Shown: positions 53,301-64,000 of the stretch, in pieces
How the letters are laid out: every line of letters begins with the position of its first letter
Position numbering within the stretch: the first letter of the stretch is position 1
DNA from: Antedon mediterranea
Lineage: Eukaryota > Animalia > Echinodermata
Assembly: GCF_964355755.1 (NCBI RefSeq)
Contig: NC_092670.1
Span: 12,820,795-12,884,794, forward strand
Length of the DNA: 64,000 bases
Direction: 5' to 3'
The notes under the pieces: generated by a model
The model's input: only the letters and a program-made list of their open reading frames with translations
Told to the model about the DNA's origin: nothing
Databases searched by the model: none
Translations under genes and position numbers: made by a program

Positions 53301-56300
53301 TCCACTTCAATTTGTAATGTGAATAAAACTGTATTTTTAGTTTTTCAGTATTTAAAAAACAATCAAACATAATTTTTGCTTTACTACTAATAGTACTATA
53401 CTAATTATTTTATTTTTATTCATACGCATCCAACAGCAAGCACAAACTCGCCAATTAAAGGATGGATAAACTATTTATAATTTACCGTGCTTACAGTAAA
53501 CTCATTTGAGGCTTAGGGAGTGGAGTTGAAAGAGCTGTGAGTTACAACCCTGGCACTTGGTCAGGATTGAACCCAGACACAGACTTTTTGGATTGGAAGA
53601 CAAGCACTACTAATAAATAAATGTATTTTGTTTTGTTTTCTCCTGTTTCATTTAATATTTGTAATACTGTTTTTGATTTTGTTGTTTAACATTTTAAATG
53701 TACATTATTGATGAAGTCCTGAGACAAGCTTTTGCTTCTATAAGTGAGAGGGCCCCATGGATTTCATTGTTATCCTGTAAATTAAACAAAACAAAATTCA
53801 CATTGTTTACTTCACCTGATCATTTCTGTTGACACAAATCGGCGAATTCATCTGAATAAATAATGAATTGATTAGTTGATTAAATATTGCACTCAATTTA
53901 AAGTATAGGTAGTGCTGTAGGTCAATCTGTCCTAATAATTTGAAAATATCAGAAAGAGCTGGTATCGTTTGGGATTTTTAAGCCTTGGACATTTAGGCCC
54001 TTTGCTGTTGGTATTATAAAGCATGATGATATGCATTATAAAGCTTATACTCGAATGAATGCACGTGAAGACACATAAAAGAATAAATACAGAAAACATA
54101 TTGTGACCTGTGACCTATACAAACAGATTATCCTATTCATACCTAAAACCTCAGTTTCACTGTATTTATTTATTCTCTCAGCATAATAATATGACAATAC
54201 AATAACATAGCAGTACAATGAATTGTTTAACTTCTCAAAAACTGAATTACAGTATATAAAGTTTGTATTTAATATTATAGACATTTTGAATGGAATGGTT
54301 AAGTTTGAGAATGTTGTCTAGTCCAGATTGTGATGATAACTTTGATACCTCTCTAAAGAAAAATAAATATCTATTTAAAATCATGTGACAGACAGAAATA
54401 AATAGAGAAAAATTGTTTGTGTTTAGCCCAAAAGTTTGTTTTTATAATTGGCGTATACCACTTACTTAAATCAATCCAATCAATGTATTTCTCAAAATAA
54501 AAATAATCCAATGTAAAACTTAACATCACTGATATTGGTAATCAATTGTTGCCAATACAGTAAGTTACCAAAATATTACTCTGTGGTAGGGGCCTAATTT
54601 TTAAAGACATAATTTTTTTTTAATTGCAATTTGTTGGAGTTCTTTGATTTGTTAATAATATTTTATAATTGATTGATTGATACATTTGATTTTTTCAGGC
54701 TGCCTTCAATTCATCCTTGTGTGGATTTTGTTCCTGTTCATATGGTCAATACCCATGGTGCTTATAGAGTATGGTGCGGGTCGTTTCACCAAAGTCTCCA
54801 CAATATTGTCATTTAAACGACTAGTAGGTCTTAAAAGCTCTTGGTGTGGTGCTTGGGTGGCCCTCGTTGACTTGGGAATTGCGTAAGTCTATTTGAATTT
54901 TTTCATACAAGACCATAAGAAACTCGCTAATTATACTAAGGTTTAATGTCCCCTGAATAAGAGTTGGCTGTTGTGTTAACATACATTGGTCCTTGTTTGT
55001 TTTGTTTCACAGGGAAGTGTTCCCTTTAAGGCCAACCACTGACGAGTGTTAACATTAAGCAGAAAATCGAGTATCTTGTCCCATGTACAGTCTCAATCTA
55101 TCCTAAGCGGAAACCGTCCGTCTTCTAAATGTTGTGTGTAAACGAAAGGTCATAAGGAATAAAATGGATTCAGTCTATATTTGTATTTACTGTTACCACT
55201 CGTCTGTGTAAATTGACCTTAATAGTGTTGTCCCAAAAGACGGTTCTACTGTATTATATTGCATAAGTTAATTTAAAAATGTGATAATTTCGTGTTGTTT
55301 TTTCCAGATCATATTACTCAGTTGTTCTTGGATGGTGTTTCTACTACTTCTGTTATTACTTAGTCAATGATCTTCCAACATCATATGAGCAGAGTTATGC
55401 CACATTTAATGACTTTGCTGTGGTGAGTTTGATTTAATATGCATTTTATTATTCTGTCCTTTCTTTTTAACACAATACAATGTTTTTTAAAAGTTTGAAT
55501 TAGAAAAAGCTTGAGAAAACATTTTTAAAACAGAAAATCATATGAAAGCTTGGTTCCTACTATGATGCAACGCAAGAACGCATACGTAATGCAAGAACGC
55601 ATACGTAACGCAAGAACGCATACGTAACGCAAGAACGCATACGTAACGCAAGAACGCATATGTAACGCAAGAACGCATACGTAACGCAAGAACGCATACG
55701 TAACGCAAGAACGCATACGTAACGCAAGAACGCATACGTAACGCAAGAACGCATACGTAACGCAAGAACGCATACGTAACGCAAGAATGCATACATAATG
55801 CAAGAACGCATACGTAATGCAATTTAGTTGACCGATGATAGGCGACCGTTTGAATAATCCAATAATCGCTTGTTATAGGTCAAATCAATTGCGTTCCACT
55901 TAATCTCTGTTTACACTATCAAACTAGTTTGAAGTGTGATGTGCCCAAATATGGTAGTGATATACCCAAATATAGTAGCACTACTATATTGGGGGTATAT
56001 CACTACTATATTTGGGCACATCACACTTTTTTGTCACATACAAAGTGGTCTTGGTTTGTTGTAACTGCTGTTAGATTATGTTTATTTTATTTTCTTTGTA
56101 ATGTGTGTAGGATTCTGCATGGCCTGTTTTCTTCCACTTTTTGTCTGTGAGTTTAGCAGCGTTAGCCATAGCTTGGGGAGTCAAGTCCATTGAACTTGTC
56201 AACACTGCAACTGTGCCAATATTTCTCTGTTTGATTCTTTTCACCCTAATCTGGTCTCTTACTCTTGAGTATGCCGGTGAAGGGCTTAAGTTTCTCTTCA

Positions 56301-59300
56301 GTCCTGATTGGGGTAAGTTTTTTAAAGTTTATTCGTTTGGTTTATTTTATATTAGTATTCAGTGTATATAAAGATCATGATACCAGTTGACTGTACAGGT
56401 GTAAACTTTAATTTTAATAAAACTGTATTTGTAAATTTGAAATGTAATGTGGTTTCAATGTATTATGTTCATATAAACCAATAATGAACTTGACATCAAA
56501 CAGAGTTTTGTCTAACTAACCAGCTTGACTGATAGATCAACTGGTTATCTAGGCAAAACTGTCTTTTACAGTAAATTGATGTGTCATACTGGAGGATAGC
56601 ATATGGTACATTAATTTCTGCACTCATAATTTAACGTGTAACTTTTATGTTATGTTCGCGCATATAACCATACATTTTGTGTACCCTTTATCTCTGTTTT
56701 TATCTTTAATCACAAAGATCACACCTATATTATTCGTCAAAATTACTAATTTAAATCTTGTTTAAATTGGTTTATATTTTAATGAACAATACCATTTGTA
56801 AAGTTGTGTTAGTTAATATTATACACTATATCATTATTACACTAATAGTATCTTACCATACCAGCATTTATAACCCTAAGCATTGTTATTCTTTGTCTAT
56901 TTATAGATGTGTTTATATACTGTATGCCTCTGCACTACCACTAATGCATAATTGTTAATAATTTATTATAATTTAAGTGTTAATTTATTCATTATACTTT
57001 CTGCATGTTTGTACATTGCATACTTATAATTAATATAAATTAGAAACTAAGACAATTGTATACTATGTTTGTGATACTTTTTCTATAGATGAATTAGCAG
57101 AAGCACGATTATGGATCGATGCCGTAAGTCAGAACGCATTTGACACTGGTGCAGCCAGTGGTCTGTTCTTATCTTACGCGGCTTATATGACAGCCGAGCA
57201 CAGTATTGTTAAAATCGGTTTTCTCATTCCGATTGGCAATAACTTGGTCAGGTACTAGAAGAACAAATTGCTCTAAATTTAGTGAATTCATTATCTTTAC
57301 ATTCTTAGATAAACCTATTATTTTCCAGTTCTCTTTCAAGATAGAACACCTCTCTAAAACAATGGGAATGCCGATTGTGAAGCAAGAGGCGTATTCTGAC
57401 TGGTTACCCACAAACATCTCGATGTGACCTTAGCCCACTGCTCGCATACTAGAAAAGCAAAGTGCTAGATCGGCTGATTATCTGCTCAAAACAGCCCAGT
57501 CGAATATGCCTAGTATGTCAGAAATGCACCATCCCATTATTACTATTAGAGGAGGGTTTTAATTGAGAGAGGACAGGAAATGATTTGTTTATTCAGAGAG
57601 GTGGCACCTCATTCTCACTACTTTTATGCATTTTTATTGCTAGAATTTCAATTTATATTTATCAGGCTTTCAAACAATTGTAGGCATACATGCAGACCCA
57701 AACATCTTTCCACATTTAGATAAACTCATTATTTTCATGTTCTCTTTTAAGATATTTTAATACCCCCATAAACAATGGAAGATGCCAAATGTTGTGCAAA
57801 ATAATGTAAAAAAGGACTGTTCCATTATTAGATGAGGGTTTTACTTGTTAATTGGTTTATTCAGGGAGGTGGCACCTCATTCTCACTGACATTTAAATTA
57901 TTGTGATATCATTTATCGAGCTTTTCAACATTTTTTAAGGCCTACAGGCAGACACAACGTATTTACCTAGTAAACAAACATCATTTTCATGTTCTGTTTC
58001 AGATTTAGTTAATAGTTTTGTGTTTTGTTTTCAAATTCATTTGATTATTATTGTTGTGTATCATGAATTTGAATTAAATAATGCATTTAATGCAACAGTT
58101 AAAAAATACAAATTTTATTAGACAATCAAATAAAATGGCATAGCAGATATCTACAGCATATCTGGGAAGAAGTGAATTCTGTTACTGTTTATAGGAGACT
58201 TATATTCAGTCAAATTAGTACTGGAAGAAGTGAAGTATATGCCTTTAGCCATAAGTGAAGAAATAGATTCAGTCACATTAGTACTGGAAGACGTGAATTA
58301 TATGCCTTCTTCCATTAGTGAAGAAATAGATTCAGTCATATTAGTACTGGAAGATGTGAATTATATTCCCACTGCGTATAGATGAAGAAGTAGATTCCAT
58401 TAAGTACTGGAAGAAGAAGTATAATATGTCTGCTGCCATAGAAGAAGAAATAAATACAATCAAATTAATACTGGAAGAAGTGAATTATATGTCTGCTGCT
58501 ATAGGAGAAGAAGTAGATTCAACCTACCATCTGGACATATTGAGTTGGGTGCTGTATAGGCCGGAGAGTGATGATGTCATGATACAGGAATCTGACTAGC
58601 ATGTGATAGGCATGGGTTTGAGCCTGTCTCTGTACCATATTGATTGTATCCTTAGGCAAAATGCTTTTGTTCTCATTGCGTCATCAATTTGATGGCACAT
58701 AAAGCTGTTGGTTTTACTGTATGTACAAAAAAAATAAAGAACTTTGTACACTATTCGAAAAGAAGATTATGGCATCCTCTCCTGGTGTGCTGATCTTGAC
58801 TCCTTGCTGCCGTGGATCCGTACAGAGCTTATTTCGAATTGACTCAGTTACCAGTTAAGCCTGCAGACGATAAAAAATACTTTTATATTTCCAGCCAATA
58901 TATTGATATAGTTCACATATTAATTGGAATAATTGAAATATCATTACAGATAAGCTTACTGACGTAGAAACCTGGAAAGAGGCGATAGTCCAGAATGCGT
59001 ATGATGTTGGAGCAGGCTTCGGTCTCTTTCACACATATGCTACATACATATCAGACGAAGTTGCCTTAGTCCCTTTAGGGGTTTTCACGCCCATAGGAAA
59101 TAATCTAGTCAGGTACACTCCCAAAATATTTCTCAGTAACTTGGGTGCATGCGATGAAGTCATCTTATCCTCTTTAAATGTATACTGGTGGAAGTCTTCC
59201 ATCCTTCATTTTTTTTCATCTAACTCCATCCTAAAGAGTTGAAGAGTTTTATTAATTAATATCATTGTGCATGTTATTCACTCACCTTAACCGCTTTAAA

Positions 59301-62300
59301 TACAATGTGATTATAATAGTGGAGGTTTTTCATCATAACTTTTGGTCTGTAATTGATGAATATGCCTGTTTCATTTTAAATTTTTATAGTACCCCAACCC
59401 CACAGTCTGAAGAGTAAAAATCAATCAGAATTAATTTATTTTACAGTTTATTTCTTCAACATAAGACATACTAAAGTGTAGTATAATGTATAGGGAATTG
59501 TATCAAAATGGCTTAATAAAGCAGCAACTGATAATATCCAGTATCATAGGCAAATTGTGTAATACTGTGTCATACTGTATCACATGTGACCCCAGTATTA
59601 TGTTAAGGTTAGGTTTATGACCTATGATACATGTCACATGTGATACATATGACACAGTATTACACAATTTGCCTATGATAACATTATAGACATAAGAATC
59701 GGCTGAATACTATGAGAATGCCATCGACTTTGACAAAATGTTGTGTTTGTTATACAGAAGACAGTGTCTATATTCAATTGAGCAAGAGTTTATAACAGTG
59801 CTGTGACAACTCGGTCATCATTTTATTGTCTGTCTGATAGAGTTTTAAAGTCAGCTGAAGTTTATTGTCTCATAATAATTTTATTTTATTTGGTTTACCG
59901 GTTGCCGGTACTGTGTTGATTTTGCAATTTCTCTTATTAATTATATACTGTATAAATACAAGCTTTTCTTTTAACCTTTGACTTTAACATTAACAATATG
60001 CCAAATATCTATTCTGTCTCAAGCATGCCTGTTTTTATACTGTATCATTTTTTTCTATTGGGATTCTGTACCAGTACACCTATGCATAATAAATAATGCA
60101 TTGACACTTTGTCACTACAATTTGCATGCGTCGGAGGTAAATTTAAATACACATCTACCTGCACAAATTCAAGGCCTCAGAAACATGCATGTAAGAGAAT
60201 CATGAGGAACGGATGCTAATGAGAAGGGGAAATATCATATGCATATTTTATTCTGTGTTATTAATTATGTTTTCTTTAGCCCCAGCTTTGCACAGATCAA
60301 AGTGCTTTACAAGAACCAATCATTTATACCCAAAAATTGTGTTTAAATGACTGTATTTTAATCATAGAATTACTGTTTAGATGCATCACCACCACACACA
60401 CACCCACCTTCCCTAGTTTCCTCTTTTTTAAAGTTTGCATCTGCCAAGAGTGCACCCTATTTTTAAACCTAAAATGGAATTATGAACTAATTATTGACAT
60501 CTATTTTTGACAACAGACTATTATTGTTTTAAACTCCCCTGTTCTTTGGTCTGCTCTTGTCTGCACATGACTATAATATTGGAATATTTGTATTGTATGT
60601 TACTAGCACAGTATGACCTACTATTCATATGCTATATGTTTGGTTAACTATCCATAACTAACCCACTAAGCTTCAATATATCAACCATTATCTATTTGGG
60701 CCTATTTTTGTCTTGCTATTATTGGTGACTATAGGCCTAAGCATATCAGTTTTATTACCGGTCACGGTACCTTTCATATCAAAGTTCAATAATAATTGAA
60801 TACTACACTGCAATCATATTCATGTTTACTCTGTAGCATTTCAGTAGAACCTAAAGGAACACCTTTGGGAGCCAGCCAAGTGTAACCCCCGAATAGAGGT
60901 TGACCATAGTGTTAAAAGACATATTCAGCTTGTTTGTTTTACTGCAAAATGCCCCTTAATAGAGGTGTCCGAAAGGAGGGGTTCCACTATACATTTTGCA
61001 TTTACCATAACAAAATTCACTCACATTTGGTTATTGTTATAACCGTATTGCATAATATTTCTTATTCTATGCATGTTATTTTTTTTTAAATAACATTCAA
61101 ATTACGCTTAGTAATATCTAATATTTAATAATTAGTGTATTTAATTCATATTTTAATCACGTAGGCTGAGAGTTCATGTGTGCCCTCCTATTAAAAATTT
61201 TTTGTTATATATCCATATAATAGTTATATTTATATATATTTTTGTTGATATAAAAACAGTTGCTTTATCTATCGTTTTAGAATTTGTATTCGCTTTAATA
61301 AATTAATCATTTATTTTATCCAAATATTAAAGGGACACCTTTGGGACTGAACAAATTGTCCCATTAGTAAGGGAGTCCAGCGTTAAAACATATTTCCCCT
61401 CATTCATTTCACAGGAAAGTGTCTCCTTAATAAGGGTGTACCTTGAATAGGGGTTTGTTTTTGTGTTAAAACATAATATATTTCCCTTCATTTGCTTTAG
61501 GGGTGTCATGTCCTTCAAATAAGAGTTCCCCCTCCCACAAATAAGGGTGTCTCAATGTAAGGATTTTATTGTAGTCATAAACAATTCATTATGTATCACT
61601 ACCAATTTTTATTATTTTTTTACCCATTTCAGCTTATCCTGTGGGATGCTTACATTTGCTACAGTGTTCGCGACACGTTTACAAGCAAACGACACAATAG
61701 AAGAAATTGTAGATATTCTAAAAGACAACGGACCAGCCAACACTGGCTTAACTTTTATATGGTAAATATTTAAAGACAATAGCAGTCTATTTTTTAACCC
61801 TCCAATTGCCATTTTTGTTTAAATATCATGTTGTTTTTTCTGGCAATAAATAAATGAATGAAAACAATTATGGTATATTTCTTTTTATTTTATCAACCAG
61901 CCAGCCAATTTTTTCTGGAGAAATAATACTCAGAATTGTTCTGTTCTCTTTCCAAATTTTCTATTCTTTCTTCTTTCGTTGTTCGGGTCTGAAAAGTGTT
62001 CCTCAAATCCAAAACCGGTCCGTTATGTGGAATTGGCGTTAAACTGACTTCCTCATGTAAAAGAAACTGCAGCAGCATTGATTGTTGATTATTTTACATT
62101 TTTGTTCATAGGTTTCCCTTGCTGTACGAGACAATCACCGGAGGGCGTGTTTTAGCTGTGTTGTTTTTCTTTGCTCTGTCGTTAGCTGGATTGAGCTCCA
62201 TGATTGCTAATGTTGAGTTGTTCGTTCATAATGTCAAAGATCTTGGAGGTACTGTAAATTATTTATGAATAGCATCAAAAATGTTTTTGTATTTTATTTT

Positions 62301-63736
62301 TAATATATAATACCCTCTATTTTCTATTTGGGTTTCTATGAGTTATTTTGAGAAATCACTTGATATCATTTCATCTCTGTACAACAATTTTCGGTTTCAA
62401 CATCTATTTACACTAGTAATTAAAAGTAATAAAGTTGTTAAGTATAAAATGAATTAATGACGTGATACTAAAAGTAATGGAAAATGAGTTTTTATTGTTA
62501 TCTCATGATCAACCGTCGCCAACAAAAGATAAAATTGAAAATAAGCTGATAAAATGTTGTTTTGATATAGAAAACAAAATTAACAGTTTTCATTCATATT
62601 GATTGTGCCATGCAAACCTTAAAACAATATATTACAGAACTTTCTCTACTACATGTGAAATAGACAAAGTCATTGAAACCTTCTCATAAGTCCTTGCTCA
62701 GGTTCGAGTCTCTTCTTGTTGTTCATAGTTATTGCGGTTCTTTCTAAGCTCTGTCTGCACTATCAAACTTTATGCGACAAAAAAATGTGATGTGCCAATA
62801 CAGCATATGAACATGATGATGTCATATTATTACCATATTTAGACATATACAGTAACTACCATATTTGGGCACTTTTTTTTGTCAAACTAGTTTGATAGTG
62901 TAGACAGAGCTTTAGGGAGGGTAAGCACTGGAGGTCCAGTGTTGTATATCTCTGCCTTGCAGCTTGTAAATACATCTCTCTGGAGAGTGAAAGGGTGTTA
63001 TTCCTGTGTTCTCAGTACCCTGTCCTGGATAAAAACTTTTTGTCACCTGAGTGCTAAGGGGAGAAGAAAGTTGTCTGGGCTGTTTTTTTCTGTAGGATAC
63101 AAGTCACAATTCATTCCTACCTACCTTCACATTTACATAAAGTATAACATATTTTTTTTTTCAGTGAAACGATGGCAAGCCACGATTGGATGTACTATTA
63201 TCATATTTTTAATAGGTGTTGGTTCAGCTGTCAACTTGCAATTCTTACTTAACCAAGTAAGATACCACACAATTTTTCTACTAAATGGCTTTGCATAGAA
63301 ATGATGAAAGTATTTAATTAATTTAACTCATTGAAATATATTACAAAATAAAAGGTCACTGCTGTAAACATAAACAGTTTTTCCAAATAATTGTATGTGT
63401 ACATAATTTGTAGTTACTGCAGTAACTGCAGTAGAATAATTTTAAACAGCGTTCATAGAACTTTTTACTCTCACCTGCTTCATACCACTGTAGAACATTT
63501 CTGTAAAATATTTCTGTTTATGAGAAGTTACAAATCTTTGTCATAATTATTAAATTATTATTTACACAATTTTCTCTTTTAAAGGATTTTGTTTGGGGAT
63601 TCGCATTAATTATATCTGGAACCTTGTTCCTGTACATGATTTATAGATATGGAGTTAGAAATTTCCGCCAAGATATGTTTAATAACTACAGCATATCTGA
63701 CTGGCAACTTCCTTTAGTTTGGGAATGGATTGTTAA
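50387..63736 (+). CDS. SLC6/NSS sodium-dependent transporter of prokaryote-like type; 3' end lies outside the window
   Basis: Exons 50387-50410, 50844-50970, 54699-54882, 55308-55422, 56111-56312, [57089-57251 OR 58950-59112], 61633-61761, 62112-62248, 63165-63256, 63585-63736, all in phase. NSS signature VGTGNIWRFP, plus SYYSVVLGW, GLKFLFSPDW, GLTFIW and LAGLSSMI. Confidence 0.9.
52961..53170 (+). mobile_element. tRNA-derived SINE
   Basis: A-box-like TAGCTTGGTGG, tRNA-like head, shared core and A-tail. Confidence 0.75.
53426..53610 (-). mobile_element. tRNA-derived SINE, inverted relative to 52961-53170
   Basis: Reverse complement of the same core (CTCATTTGAGGCTTAGGGAGTGGAGTTGAAA; GGATTGAACCC). 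Confidence 0.75.
55569..55821. repeat. 19-bp tandem repeat ACGCAAGAACGCATACGTA, ~13 copies, expanded inside a MITE-like element
   Basis: Period 19. The left flank AAGCTTGGTTCC.ACTA.GATGCAAC recurs at ~11981, and related sequence occurs at ~30880 and ~47500. Confidence 0.9.
57089..57251 (+). CDS. SLC6 alternative exon 6a (EL3-TM6-TM7)
   Basis: ttctatag|...|gtact, 163 nt, phase 1 to 2: DELAEARLWIDAVSQNAFDTGAASGLFLSYAAYMTAEHSIVKIGFLIPIGNNLVS. Confidence 0.9.
58150..58522. repeat. Degenerate ~58-60 bp tandem repeat, ~6 copies
   Basis: Recurring AGTACTGGAAGA.GTGAATTATAT...GAAGAA.TAGATTC. Confidence 0.75.
58950..59112 (+). CDS. SLC6 alternative exon 6b (EL3-TM6-TM7), mutually exclusive with 6a
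   Basis: cattacag|...|gtacac, 163 nt, phase 1 to 2: DKLTDVETWKEAIVQNAYDVGAGFGLFHTYATYISDEVALVPLGVFTPIGNNLVS. Confidence 0.85.
59542..59680. repeat. Near-perfect inverted repeat, ~48-bp arms with ~42-nt spacer
   Basis: 59542-59590 TATCATAGGCAAATTGTGTAATACTGTGTCATA.TGTATCACATGTGAC is the reverse complement of 59633-59680 with one indel. Confidence 0.9.
62747..62911. mobile_element. MITE with TIR AGCTCTGTCTACACTATCAAACT (full-length copy)
   Basis: Both TIRs are present, with internal GATGTGCC/ACCATATTTGG repeats as in the other copies. Confidence 0.75.
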
Positions 63737-64000
63737 GTAAGTCTGTGTTTGGATACTTATTCTAGATGTGTTTTTGATTTCTGATGACTGACGACCCAAC
63801 TATATAATGTTAGTTCATTGTGCGCATACAAGAATATTGGGACTTGCTTTCTCGCTCCCCCCACTTTAAGACAGGTTTAATGGTTTCTAGGTCCAGGCGA
63901 TGACAGACGACACATTCATTGATTGACCTGACCTAGTTAGATTGTTGGTTGTCACATATTTTCCCTATTGTTTCATGCAGTACCTTTTTCCCTTCAACAA

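Noticed and set aside
55525-55822. Three overlapping minus-strand ORFs
   Set aside because: Artefact of the 19-bp tandem repeat in an SLC6 intron.
57309-57427. Third alternative or terminal SLC6 exon (DKPIIFQ...NISM*)
   Set aside because: No similarity to TM6/TM7. I found no further QNA..G...GNN copy between 57252 and 61632.
57530-58005. ~200-bp diverged direct duplication between exons 6a and 6b
   Set aside because: Non-coding local duplication like those at 3760-4140 and 51395-51910, with no evidence of function.

Overview
AT-rich, intron-containing animal genomic DNA, probably an invertebrate deuterostome such as an echinoderm (inference). By hand-splicing GT-AG exons with consistent phases I reconstruct eight protein-coding genes: an uncharacterised type-I membrane protein (+), SLC35F3/F4-like (-), SLC46-like (-), an intronless GT10 alpha-1,3-fucosyltransferase (-), an MS4A/CD20-like tetraspan (-), Tribbles (-), NSMCE2 (-), and a prokaryote-like SLC6/NSS transporter (+) that runs off the right edge. 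The best candidate for an undescribed system is in the SLC6 gene. Two homologous 163-nt exons (57089-57251 and 58950-59112) are both open and cannot be included together. They encode alternative versions of the substrate-binding TM6-TM7 segment, with Ser versus Phe at the LeuT F259 position, and intronic sequences complementary to exon 6a lie nearby. Other highlights are an intact-core minimal hammerhead ribozyme on the sense strand of an MS4A intron, NSMCE2-Tribbles order as in human, a ~14-copy TCF/LEF-site tandem array, a nested fold-back element in three genes, and a candidate antisense promoter inside Tribbles. All assignments are by eye; no searches or folding were run.
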